Shown here in pieces: positions 37,141 to 49,789 of a stretch of DNA of 64,000 nt. How positions within the stretch are numbered: position 1 is the first letter of the stretch; each line of letters opens with the position of its first letter. The stretch comes from Camelus ferus (taxonomy: Eukaryota). Position numbers and translations under genes: made by a program. The notes beneath the pieces were generated by a model. That model ran no database searches and was not told the DNA's origin. It saw only the letters and a list, made by a program, of their open reading frames with translations. The stretch spans positions 105,712,001-105,776,000 of the forward strand of contig NC_045697.1 of the NCBI RefSeq assembly GCF_009834535.1, given 5' to 3'.

Positions 37141-37380
37141 CTTCGGGATGAAGGGCTATTAGTGCAGCTAGGCCGGCGTTTGTATAATCCGTCCCGGAAG
37201 TGGAAGTAGGATGATGGCGTTGACGGCGACAAGGATGAAAATAGGTTTCAGGTGGATCTGCTTTGCTGTTCTGACAGCGTCATCTGAGCGCCCAGGTAAC
37301 TAACGAAATGAGAGCTACAGGGAGCGAATGCTGCTGCTTCTCTGAAAACCCATACGGGGAATGCCAACGGTTTGAATGTT
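37141..37380 (+). promoter_or_regulatory. CpG-retaining promoter/enhancer-like element
   Basis: 14 CpGs in 240 bp in an otherwise CpG-poor window; ETS motif CCGGAAGTGGAAGT at 37194-37207; TATAAT at 37183; donor-like CAG|GTAACT at 37295/37296. Confidence 0.45.
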
Positions 37381-38649
37381 TCATTATACTTTATATTTCA
37401 TAAGATCCTGCAGGGTACAAAAAGAATAAAAAAGTAATGGCTGGAAATGGAGAAGCAGGAGCGATGAGTCCTGGAATTGAAAATAAGCATCACCCTTGGT
37501 TACTGTGGGTAAATAATATACTATAAACACCTTGAGAGTGGGGAGTGGTGTGGAAAAAGGCAGTGCCTGAAAGTAGCAGCACTGACATGGCTCTAAATAG
37601 GGCTACAAAAAACAATTAGGACAAAAGAGAGACAACTTCACTCTCTCTCCCTGAACACTGATGCCAGAAAATAGAAAAGGGGGGCCCTTTGGGAGAATTT
37701 GTTAGAGAATATAACTGTGGCTGCAACAAACACGTTCTGGTCTCACAATGAGTTATAGATGAAACCTATGTCTATGACAAATGTGCCTCGTGTGAAAGCC
37801 ACAGCACTTGAAAATATATGGGTTTTTTTTTTCCTCCCTGCATCTCTTGATAGGGAACAAATAATCTATGGAAGACATGTCCATGTTCATGCACAGAATA
37901 AATCAAGAGTCAGCCCAGCAGGCTTGGGTATGACACGCAGGCCAGTAAAGAGTGCCCACTGCTTTCTGTTCCAGCAATCTGATAGCCTCCTCAAAATTCA
38001 AGCCATTCTGTGTGGATATCTGCTCTTGAGGGTAGGCTTCTAGAGGGTGGCAATGCATCTTTTTCATCTGGTCAGCAATGCCAACTTTAGATGACTCTTT
38101 GGATTTTGGAACTAAGGCAAAATGTGGCAAGATGTTAGTTTTCCCCCAGTAAAGGTGTGTTTTAAGCACAAAAGGCTACTTGTTGGATACATGGAGCACC
38201 ATTTGTGTGAAGAGTGTTGCCACAGGGACCTCAGGGAGGATAATGTAGACAGTGTGCGATGAGTTAAGGAAGAGACTTTCACATTTTTTGACCTACACTG
38301 AACACATTTTACGTGGAGATGCATCACACACATGGAAGATTTCATGAAACGATGATTACTCTAACTATGTGCAGCACATCTTAATTTTCCCATCCCATGC
38401 CATTCCAATTTATTCCATTGCTTGCTTCCATCCTTCCTTCCTCCCTCCCTCTCTTTCTCTTCCTTCTGTATATTAAATTGGTTGTGGCTTAGTGTTTGAA
38501 CAGCTCTGCACTAGGGGACATGAAGAGACACAACAGAGCATCTGTGTTCTATCCAACAAGCTGACTGTAAGCCTTAGGAGGGAAGAATTATCCCCAAAAC
38601 CTAGCTCAGGGTATAGTGTGCTGCAGATACTAAAGAAATGTTCCTTATC

Positions 38650-38800
38650 AACACCATCTACTAATTACTTGACCTTGGGCAAATCATCAACTGTTCTGTG
38701 CTTCTATTTTCTCATCTGTTAAAAGATACTAATAATACTTACCTCTTGGCATTGTTGTGAGGATGAAAGGATTTAGAACAGTGCTTGACATGTAGTTTGT
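38650..38800 (+). mobile_element. MIR SINE
   Basis: tgaccttgggcaaatcat..ttttctcatctgttaaa..ttgttgtgaggatgaaa..ttagaacagtgcttgacatgtag. Confidence 0.85.
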
Positions 38801-38904
38801 CATCATTTTTGTTGGTAATCTTAAGATTAAAGACGCGGTGGTAAATGCTGTCAGTTCTCGCCAATTTACTTGGCTATTCTCTCATTCATCCATTTCTACA
38901 ATGC

Positions 38905-39080
38905 CTTCTAAGTTCCCTGAACAATGCTAAGCATTTTGCATTAGTTACTCTTGTTATCATCTCAATAATTCTATGAGGCAGGCACTGTTAGTCTCAGTTT
39001 ATAGGTGAGGCTTAGAAGGGTGAGCTACTTGCCTAACATAGCTAGCCCGTTGCACCAGGTCTAGATGACTCAAAAGCCTG
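38905..39080 (-). mobile_element. MIR SINE
   Basis: caataattctatgaggcaggcactgtta..tttataggtgag..acttgcctaa..tgactcaaaagcc. Confidence 0.7.
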
Positions 39081-40326
39081 AGACAAATGGAGGCAAGTGA
39101 AGTCGAGTAGAGGGTGTTTCAGGCAGATAGATTTGCACTTGAAGAAGTTTAGGGACGGGGTCCTAATACTTTATTTTGTATTTGTTGTTTCCCCTCTCAT
39201 CTTCATGAACACTTGAATTGGATGAGTGTAAGGAAGGTAGCAAGATACACTTCATTTGTGACATAAGAAAGAAACAAGAGAAGTCTGGGTTATCTTTTTT
39301 TCAAGCTCCCATACAACTACTCTCTTTCAGAAGCTGCTTCTCCTCAGTGCTGTGGGTGTGATCCTGCTTGGTGAGCAGATTAGAGTCATCCTGAAAGGAA
39401 TACTGCTCCAGATTTGACGGAGGTCAAGGAAATGTGGCAAGAGATAGGTTCTCTGCAAAGCAGGAACAAGAGACAGCCTAGGTCAAACGGGGAAATCTGA
39501 GACAATGGAGTACCAAGTGAATAAGAACATTTAAATGGTTACGGTTCTGGAACTGGTGTTGTCAGGGGGTGCGGCTGGACAGTCAGTGACTGATTTCCCA
39601 GAGTGGGTTTTATCTGCCCAGTTAGAACTTGTGAGGGGCTGGGGCTACCCCATCTTTGGCCTAAACCTTCATTTTTGAAACCCAGCTTTGATAAGGGTGG
39701 CCATTATAGACACCATGTTCAGAATTTGGTAGCTCTTTCTTCATGCAGAATTCCACTCCTTATTAATTATATCTTACCTTCTTATTGAAAATTTCTTTTC
39801 CAATTTATATCCTCAGTGGAGTGAAGCACATTTTCACATGTTATATGAAAATATTTCATATTTATTGCACTTCCTGCCTGGTTCACCAGATGAGATTTAA
39901 AAAGCAATTCACTCTTGGTTCTCTTGGAGGAGACTGAGGGCTGTCTGCTTGGTCACCGTCCAGTGTGGTATCACGGGAGAAGAAGTTGCACTTAATGTCA
40001 CATGGGCTGTTTCTGAAGGAAATGGTTGAGGTGTTCTTAACTTATTAACTGGACCATTTGCAGAGTGAGAAATCCTCTCTTGTGGAAACATGAATGGAAT
40101 TTCCTTCCTAAGGATGTTCTTGTTAGAAGCTTTTCACCCTACTCTGGCTCTCCAGCAAAGTCTGCGGACTTTTTTCCTGATGCATCCTTGACCCATCTAA
40201 AATTATGTCTTTCCTACTTGAAACCCTAAAATTAACTGCTCTTTGACATAAGTAGCTTTCAGGATCTGATACCTTCTATACACCGGACAGCTCTGCTATT
40301 ATCAACCCCCCCCCCCCATTTCCTAG

Positions 40327-40652
40327 TGTTGCCGAGTCCAAACTCATTCTGCTCGCCACATGACAGGCCAATAAATCAGGAGACGAGGTGTCGGGGCAAG
40401 GAATAGCGACTTCATTCAGAAAGCCGACAGACCCGGAGGATGGCAGACTAATGTCTTGGAGAACCGTCCTGCTCTAGTCAGAATACAGGCTCCTTTTATA
40501 CAAAAAATAAGGGAGGGGGAGGGAAAATAAGGGAGGGGGTGTGGTTGATTGTTGTAATCTTCTTGCTGCAGGCATTCTTGTTCTTGCAGCCATCCCCGTG
40601 GGCTAGGTCACGGTGTCCCTGTAAACCTCCAACAAAACAAAGGTTATTCTCT
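40327..40652 (-). mobile_element. ERV1 LTR, MER41-like, truncated second copy
   Basis: tgttgccgagtccaaactcattctgctc..ggtgtccctgtaaacctcca..gttattctct, colinear with 32844-33147. Confidence 0.82.
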
Positions 40653-41334
40653 ACTACACTAGGCTGCTTCCAGGCAGCCTCTCACCGTTCTTATCAAACC
40701 ACCAAATATCCCCACATATGTGTGTGTACCTATTCAAAATATTGAACCTGGCACACCATGAATTATGGTCACTGACATTAACAAACTACACAGTATTGAC
40801 TGACTAATAGCCTAGCTCATTAGTATTTCGTTTTAGCATTCCAAATCATAAATATCTGGGGAAAAGGAGGTATTTCTTAGTATTCCCTGTTGGTAAGAAT
40901 GGAAAGTTTGGGACCAGAATTCCTGGACTGTCCTGCTCATCCTTAACTCTTTCCTTTCTGCTGGGGGCCACCTCTCACTCAGCTGGAACTCATGGACTCC
41001 TGTCTGCTTTGTAAAGCTCTTCTTTCTCCACTGTTCATTGTTACTGCCAGCAGTTTTATTTTGTTGGTTTCTCTGAGCTAATTTTTTTTTAACCTATGGA
41101 ATGCCCTTGCCTCCTTCATTGTCCCTTTTTCTGCTAACCTCTAGTGGATCACCAGACAGAGTTGCAGGGGAATATATAAGTTTACTGAAGAGCTTGGAGA
41201 AATTAAAGAATATGGCAGTGACTTAGAAAGAGTATGTGCAGTTCTCCTTTAAATGTGACATTTACCAAAACCCTGTCCATTTTCTAAGGGAGAAGCACTC
41301 AAAAGTTAAACCTTTCGGAGAAAGTTCTCTCTAA

Positions 41335-41527
41335 CAGGGCTTCTTAAAATCAACACCATTGATATTTTGGGCCAGATAATCCCTTGTTGTGGGGGCTGTC
41401 CTGTGCATGGTAGGATGTTCAGCAGTATCCTTGTTTCTATTCAGGGGATGCCAGTAACACTTTCCCAGTTATGATGACCAAAAATGTCTCCAGACTCTAC
41501 CCAGAATCCTCTGGTAGAGAACCACTG
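41335..41527 (+). mobile_element. MER20 (hAT-Charlie MITE)
   Basis: cagggcttct..attgatattttgggccagataat..gggggctgtcctgtgcat..accaaaaatgtctccagac..gagaaccactg. Confidence 0.88.
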
Positions 41528-41534
41528 CCCTTTA

Positions 41535-41700
41535 GACTTACTCTTCAAAATATGGTCAGCAAAGCAAGTGGCATCATCATTACCTGGGACCTTGTTAGAA
41601 ACGCAGACTCTGGCTGTGCCTCACGTGTACTTCAACAGGATCTGCATTTTGACAAGATCCCCTTACGTGTGCCTTAAAGTTTTGAAGCCCAGCCCTAGAA
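41535..41700. mobile_element. MER5A-like MITE
   Basis: gcatcatcattacctgggaccttgttagaaacgcagactct..atctgcattttgacaagatcccc. Confidence 0.8.
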
Positions 41701-42930
41701 AATGTCTCGCACTTGCTACTTTTTCTGCTCTGTTATCAACTCCATCTTTCACTGAGATATCTTTCTAACCTTTCCTGGATAAATTTCCACCTTTTGGGAA
41801 ATTCCTCAGGCTGCTCACAGGTATTTATGTTGATTCAAGAGCCCTTCCCCCTTCTTTCCAGCCGTCTGTCCCCTCAGTTCTGAGTTACTAAAGCTATAAC
41901 AGTGTTCAAGACGCTCTAGAATAATATTCCAGAAAATGAGCCTGAGCTGGGGAGGGGAGGAGGAATTTGGGTCAACAAGCCTGTAAAAATAGCTCAGATG
42001 GGTATTGACCACTCAATGTCTGTCCACTTTGATGTTTCCTGGCTTGTAGGATTTGAAATTAAGCCTAGGCTGATTCTTCAGTTAAAACTATCATCCTTCT
42101 TCAATTGACATTACACTTTGTACTCTATGAAATTCAGAATCTGTGAACTGGCACTGAGAAACACTGAAAGTCTATCAATCTTTTACCAATGACTCGCCTC
42201 ATTTCCAGCAGTCTTTAGGTGTTCAGAGTACAATAACATTGGTTAACACTCCTTCTCAATGAATTAATTTACACACTTGAATACTGAACCAGCAGTGCTA
42301 ATCTACCTATCTTATTTTGATACCTAATATCCAGTTTCCTTTTTAAATTGTTGTTTGATCATCTATTTTAATACTATTGAAATTTAGAACTGGGGCATAA
42401 CTTTTAGTCACTTTCACATATTTATATTCTGCATCTCAGTTCATAGATTGTTATTTAGCAATTAAGGCAACAAATAGAATACACACACACGTGCGCGCGT
42501 CAGTTGCTGGGAGACAATGTGCAAACTGGGAGCCATGTAATTATAGACTTAACAGAACTGGGTTTAGAGTGAGGCAAGAAAACTTACCTAGGGCGCAAAC
42601 ACTCTCTCAGCTTCCTGCAAATGCTGACTCTAGTTCTCGCCTGAGACCTAGTATCTCCATTCTGTGAGTGGCATGTCTTCTTTTAGAGTCATTTCTGTAT
42701 CATCAAGGTTATGGGTAACAACGAATTTTCCTATTGTTTCTAGATTTATGCTGTGTTTTTTGTTCCCTACACTATCTTCCTAGTTTCAATCCCTAGTCTT
42801 TTGATTTCATGAAGGTGGGCGGTCCTGGTGTCCTGTCTCCAGTGAAGATAACTCCAGTAACCTGAAGATTAGGAAAGATATGGTTCAGAAGATCAGATTT
42901 GGAATGTTCTTGCCAGATTCATTATCTTCA

Positions 42931-43701
42931 TGTGCCAGTTATCAATATGTTGCTTTCTCAGTCCAAACCCACTCTCCTTTGTTCTGATTTCTGATACTGA
43001 ATCTGGATCCTATACAGATTTCTCTTTCACCATCTAGCTTCATGTTAAGCTTTATCAGTGGAAGATGCTGGAGGAACTCTCCAAGCACTCCTGTTTCTGT
43101 TGCTTTTCTTCTTGCTTCTGTAGGGCAGTGGCTGGCAGATACCTTCATGTGAGAGACCAAGTGATGCACATTCTCCAGCAAGTTTTACTGGCACTTTGAC
43201 CAGCATCTTCTCAGAGAGTCTTGCAGGCACCCCAGCAAGTGACTTCTCGGTGAGGATTACCAGCACTCCAGTGGGCAGCTTCCTGGACAGTGCAGTCAGG
43301 GAGACCCACTAGCGTTCACCCACGGCAGTGCCCCCCCGCCCAGCAGGTTTCTCTGGCACTCCAGCAGGCTCTTTCCTGCTTGCCAGTCCCAGCCTGTGGT
43401 ACCTCAGTGAGCTTCAGTGTCATCTGGTGGGCCGCGGCCACACCGTCTGCAACAAGGTCTCATTCTTAGCCTTGAGGGGAGAGGGATGGGGACTTCCAAG
43501 TTTGTTTCTTTCTTGAATATTCTCTCTCATTCTTAGGAGTAGCAGCTACTCCCATCATCTCCTCTTCCAGTAATCTTTAGGATTCTCTTTACTCCTCTTA
43601 GTATTAATCCTTTTTGTCTATTTAATAACTCTGTATGTTACATTTTTCTGTTTAAATTACTGCTGTAGTTTCTGTCTCCTAATTGGACCCTGACTGGTTC
43701 A
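42931..43701 (+). mobile_element. ERVL solo LTR (LTR41/LTR40-like)
   Basis: TG...CA ends; atgttaagctttatcagtggaagatgctggagg; terminus aaattactgctgtagtttctgtctcctaattggaccctgactggttca. Confidence 0.7.
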
Positions 43702-44020
43702 TCCTCCAGTTCAGAAGAGACGTTATACTAAAACCTGAGCCTACTCTGCTTTTAGAAGGCATCCATAGGAGAGATAGGGCTCTTATAAGGATCCACACCC
43801 ATTTTCTTGTAGCTAGGTTAGAAATGGCCTTCTCTGAATGGAACCTCTAGGAAGTAATGAGGAGTTCATTAAAAGGTGGTGTTCACCAGTAAATCTTTGT
43901 TACTTCAGCTTGTCTTTCTGGGTCTTTGCCTAGACATGCTCTCCCCTTCTCTGGTTCTGACTGTAGTATAACTACTGCCAATCTGTTTGGACCTTATCTG
44001 CAGACCTTTGATTAAGCCTG

Positions 44021-44093
44021 AGGCTTTCCCTGAGATTAACTATCTGTAGATAATAGATACCTATCTGTCTATAGATAATCTCAGGGAAAGCCT
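44021..44093. repeat. Inverted repeat, perfect 18-bp arms
   Basis: aggctttccctgagatta (44021-44038) and taatctcagggaaagcct (44076-44093). Confidence 0.97.
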
Positions 44094-46384
44094 AAATTAT
44101 TTAAATGCATAAATAATTTCTATATATATATATAAAAATGTATAAATAATTTTAAATGTATAAATAATATATATATTTATATACATATATATAATCAAGA
44201 TTTCCCTGGAGGAAATCACAGATTCTGTTTTTTAAGTTTGTTCCATTTTATTTTGTTTTTGACAATACAGAGTCACTGGAATTGTTTGTCCATGGTTTTC
44301 TGCTCTCAATGTAGAGTCTTTTTGAATAAGTGCTTGCATGTGTCCAGTATTAATGTTTTCATGAGTAACCATTCTGAGAATGATTAACTAACCATTCTCA
44401 TATTGCTTATGAGGCTTAATGGAAAAACGGAAGATTTTTTCCATTCTTCAGCTATGATTTTCTTGCTGGTTGGGTCAAGAGGCCATCTGATTTACAGAGT
44501 TTTTGAGTATTAACTATCACAGGACTCTAACTAAAGTGATGGGCTTGAAAACATACATCGGCTTTACCATGTCCTTAATTCTGAGTTTGGATGCAGCTAA
44601 AATAGGGGACATTAATATATTTTAGTTTACACGGTTAGAACTAGGTCTCATACTTAATATGCCTATTTATGAAAAATAAACTATATATCAGCATTTGAGC
44701 CAATGGCTTTAGCCCAAATTTATCACAGTAAAATATTGCAGTACTGGTTTCTGATTGATAACCTTCATAAAAGGACCACATGCCTTCCAATATGTTCTTG
44801 GCAAGTGTACCTTAATTATTTTATTTTCCTGTCAATAAAATTGGCATAGAATTATATTTTGGGGGTCTATATATGGGCTGCATATATATTAGATGCAAAA
44901 TATTATTACTAATAATAGATACACTGAAGTTGGAGGGTTGACAATGATCTAAACTCACATACTAGCTTTAAAACAGCAGCTCAGGTAATGTTTAATAAAG
45001 TGGCTTTCATGATTTACTGTATTTCTTACTCTAAACTTTTCCATGAGTGTTTTCATTTGTATCTCAGGATCTTACGGTAGCCTGTGTTATCCATCACTAT
45101 TACACTGTCACTCCAAGAAGAGATAAATGCTCCATATAGACTAATCTGATACAGATATCCTATTGGAATCATTTCCTTAATGGTGTGTCATTTCTAGATT
45201 GTGAAGATGTAAAATACAGGCAGAAGTGAATTTTTTCCATCTTTGTGGTCAGCAGCTTCATTCACTGATTTTGCATCTTAGATATGCTTTAGTGTGGTAC
45301 AACCATAAAAAGTCACATGTCAAGTAAAAACAGCCTGAAAAATGGTGATTTCTTGCTTGTGGCATTAGTGCTCTTATGGAACAGTTTCTGTGTTTTGAAA
45401 AACAATAGAGTTTGTTATGAAAATGAGTTTCCCCAGAGAGTGCCACATGACCGTAGGCTATTAATTATACACTTTTATTGTTATCTTTTGTTCAGAACAG
45501 TAGTGCTCCTGAGGTCCTGTGGAACTTTTCTCCCATGAGATCATGTCGAGTTTTGATTAAGCATCATTATATACAGTTCATTAACAATGTATCTTAAAAT
45601 GAGTTTTTGATTGAACATTTTTATTGGCCATTTACTATAATTGATGGATTCTGTTGAAATTTCACATAGAGAATTTGCCAGGATGGTTATGGTATTTTTC
45701 ATTATGTATCATCATGCCCTTTTCCCCTAAAAGAACCCAAGTTTCTTTTAAAAAAATTAACTTCCAAAAATGAGATATTGATCTATTGCCAAGGCAGTTG
45801 TTCCTTCCATAGTTCAATTAGGAGAGAAACAGAAACTGGTAATATTAAATAGAAATAAGAAAAATTGGGGAAACTAAATAATCCTATTAACACAGCCCTA
45901 TTTTCCCTGGGGCTCAAGTCACTCTTTAGGAGAGAAAATGAACTCTTTCAAGTTGATAAGGGTCCTTTTAATGCAAAACTGAACTTGATCTGTTTCACTG
46001 GAGTCTCCAATATCACAGCATTAATCATAATGTTTACAGCTTCTGTTCTGTAATCAAAGGGTTAAAAGGAATTTGGCAGTTGGTCAACTCATTACTTTTT
46101 CTAATACCTTTACATTTAAAGAAAATTAGAAATCTCTTAGAAATTGTTTATGTGTTAGTAAAAACTGCCCTAGAATTTTTTTTTTTTTATAGTGAATCTA
46201 TTGTCACTGGAGTTGTTCAAGCAAATACTGGGTAGGTACACACTGGGAAGGAGAAAATGGTAACACAGGTCATCTTTAACATTTCTTCCAACTCTAACCT
46301 TTTATAAATTACTCATCTGATAACAGCTAAGACATAGGACAAAGATAGAAAAAGAAGAGGGAGAGAAGTTTGAAGACTGATACT

Positions 46385-46505
46385 GTTTGGCTTCAGGCAA
46401 GTTACTTACCTTCTCTGGGTTTCAGTTACTTTAACTGTGATAATAAGGAAATTGAATTCAGTGATGTCAAAGTTTCCTTCCTACTGGAGTATTCCGTGAT
46501 TCTCT
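46385..46505 (+). mobile_element. MIR/MIR3 fragment
   Basis: ggcaagttacttaccttctctgggtttcagtt..ctgtgataataagg. Confidence 0.65.
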
Positions 46506-48989
46506 ATTTTCCAAGTGGCTGAGGAATAAGTGACAGTCCTTCAAGAACCTATTTTTCATTCAGGAAACACCAGACACTTGGGGCAATGGAGCCCACTGAC
46601 AAATGTTGGCAAATTTATAAAATTCCAATGAATTGACAGTTTTGGTATCTATTATGTTAACGTATATTTCTACATCATCTGTCTTTTCATGTAGATTTCC
46701 TCCTGCTGAAAATATGAATAAGAAAAAAAATAAAGGAAAGAAATTCTCTTTATAACTATTTTCTTCTTTGAAACAGCAATTACTGCTGCCACAGGAAGCT
46801 TCTGTGAGCTGGAACGTGCTTTGTCATTGTCATCACAGACAAAGGGTCAAATTAAAGACAAAGGGTCAAGTTGTAGGTGCTGAGCATGGGATATTTTTCA
46901 GGAAAGAGAGAGTGCTCATCATTGCTTACTTTCCCAAATCTCACTGATTGATTGTCATGATCCTTCCTTTCATATCTGTTTTACTCTCTTCCCCTGAACA
47001 TGGGGACTATTAGCTCACAAATTCACTTCTAACCCTGGTGAAATCACATAGGTTGAACTGTTAGACTTTAGTCCACCACCCAGATATTTGTTGGGGAGCC
47101 AAAAGTGCTCAGTCTTCTGAATCTGAAAGAAAAGGAACCCGAAATGTCAAGTACATATTTTATCTGCTGCAGAACTCTGTATTGCTCCTCTTTCTATTTC
47201 TCTGTCCCAACATCCTACCCCTTTAAACTGCAAGGCACCACTGCAACAAAGGAAAATGTGCCAGGAATGTACTAAATTATGATTATTCAGTCATTATTCA
47301 CTCAATAACATTGAGTGGACCACCCTTCCTCATTAACTTGTATCTCAGAATTTATCGATTTTTACCTTAAATAGTGGTTAACTAGGATACTTTCTCTCTT
47401 TTCCACATCTTGCCCTATCTTGCAATTTAAGTGGGAATAACATTATGGAAAAATAATAAATTTAATCCATTGTAACATCAAGTTCAGTGGGTGAAACTTA
47501 AACATGGGTCAAGTTTAAGACTATATTGAAGTTCATTCACATGATATATTGATTTATTTCCCATATGTGAGGTGAATGAGCAAAGTGGCTTTGTGAGCAT
47601 TTAATGTTTTAACCATATGGAGGAGAATACTATTTCTCCTTAAGTGTAAAACTAAGTGATAAGATACATTTTATGGCCCATTTTATTGTGAGTGAGGGTC
47701 TACTGCAACAGTAAGAAGTCTCTACCCCATAGTAAAACTTACATATTTGGGTGAAAGAAAAAATCCAGAGTCAAGATGGCAGCTTGAACATTTGTTGTTG
47801 TTCTTGGCCGGAAAGGGAAGAAACAGACTAGTGTGAATCTGTGCATCATCTGCTAAACCGCTTAGTACACAGATCCTATGGATTAAGATTGTATTCTTCA
47901 TGTAGACAGAGAAGAGTATGAAAACAGAGTTCGATGACCCAACCTGGGAATAGGATGGAAAGACCAAAGTGTCTTGTCTTCACACCAGCAATAAGGCATT
48001 CTGGGGAAAGTACAGAACTTGCTAGTTAATAGTCCCGGACTCTAGCCTTCAGTCTGTCTTGAGCATTTGTGTGCCCTAGGCAAGCTAACTCATCTCTTTC
48101 AGCGTAACTTTCTTGGTCAGCATGTAGACGAGGAATGGAGACATCCTTGACATCTCTGGCGCAGCGCCTAGCATCCAGCAGGCACGCGCAAAGTAGTCAT
48201 AGGTTCTGAATCTTTCTCACTTTCTCACCCACAAAGTGAGGGATTTGATCTATAACACAATCATTTTCAAGTATTTTTTTTTTTTGAAGCAGTAGAAGCT
48301 TTTGAATACCACCAACAAATTTTACATGGAATCCCAATACATTAAACAGATGAAGCTAAACTGTTCTGATTGGAGTGAAAGTCCAGAACTACCTTCACTG
48401 GTCCTTTGTGTTTATTATGCCAGGAGTTTGACGTCCATTCAAGCTTTCACTCACTGCGTGTGTGGGAACGTGTGCACGTCCATGCACTCGTGCACAGGCA
48501 ATCACAAAGCTTTTCAGCACCTTTAAATCATTAATTATTTCTTGGGCCAATACATATTCCTTGTGGGTTACGCATGTCAGTGGTCTAGTTTTCCACCTTC
48601 TATTTCCCCAAGGTAAGTCCCCTGACAATTTATGATGAAAGAGGGTTCGTATTGATGTAGTGAATGATGATGATCCTTTGAAAATGTGTTGGCAGTCACA
48701 CTTGCAAATAAAGAGTGGCACAGCCAACTGCAGGCAAGCCTGATTCAGGCGGGATCCTATAATGGGTGTCATCTATCTGTGCCACTGACTGTGGGTGCTG
48801 GAGTTTTTACTAAAATTACCATTTGGGGCCCTCCCTGTTCAGATATCTATTTTTAACAATACACGAAAAGTTTCTTTTAATTCAAGACTATATAAAGACA
48901 AAAGAAGCATTTGGTTTAGCATAAATCCTAGCATCGTAATAACTGTATATATTTTACTAAATATTTAACTTACTTCTATGACATCTATA

Positions 48990-49250
48990 CTTAGCAGCGC
49001 AGCTCGGTTGGGAGAGCCTTCAGACTCAGACTAAACTGATTTTAAATCCCAGCTCTTTTCATTTGTTAGCTTTGTGACCTTGAGCAATTATTTTATCCTT
49101 GCTAAACCACAATTTCCTCATTATTAGTGGAAATGGAAATGAGAATTCATTCCTCTTTTAGGTTGCTATGAGACTTAAAAGAAAAAAACAAAATCCATTC
49201 TGGAGCCCAACAATGGACTCAGCTCACAGTAGATGCCCAACATCTATTAA
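48990..49250 (+). mobile_element. MIR SINE
   Basis: aaatcccagctc..tagctttgtgaccttgagcaatta..aatttcctcat. Confidence 0.8.
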
Positions 49251-49789
49251 TTCATTTTTGATTAAGAGGTGATGTGGTGCTGATGTTGACTGACAGTCCA
49301 TCCTCAGCCCCAGACTGGTGAGACTTGAGAACCAAATATGGCCAAAGAGCGACACCAGGACAGCTTGGCTCCCTAGCTTATTTGATTCTTCTCTTTCTAC
49401 CTCTGTGTCAGTTACTGATCATTGCATCTTGAGCTGACTTGGATTTTTATGCTAATTTACAAAGATTCTCTGGTTCTTTGTTGTTTGTTGTTAAATGTTT
49501 ACATACCACCAAGATGTAAATGTCTGCATTAACTCCAAGCCTATCATCCTCTCAGCCTCTAATGCTATTGCACAGATTCACACAGTCAAAGCAAGAAGAA
49601 ATCAGCTTTCTTTCAAAGTGTGCTCTGCAAACTATCTGCTATTATCATAAGCTTACTTAGGTATGTGCCACCTCTCTCTCTCTCTCTCCCTTTCTTTAGC
49701 TTTCCTCATTAGACATTTTTTAGGTAGTAATGACTCCAATTTATATACCTCATGAAAATTTTTGCTCTTCTGTGTCGACAGCACTAACT

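Noticed and set aside
32844..40652. Intact ~7.8-kb provirus between two LTRs
   Set aside because: No primer-binding site and no gag/pol/env; the interior contains MIR, L3 and L1MC-like elements older than the LTRs
43050..43075. CTCF site in the LTR41-like element
   Set aside because: cagtggaagatgctgg is too degenerate relative to the CTCF core CCASYAGRKGGC
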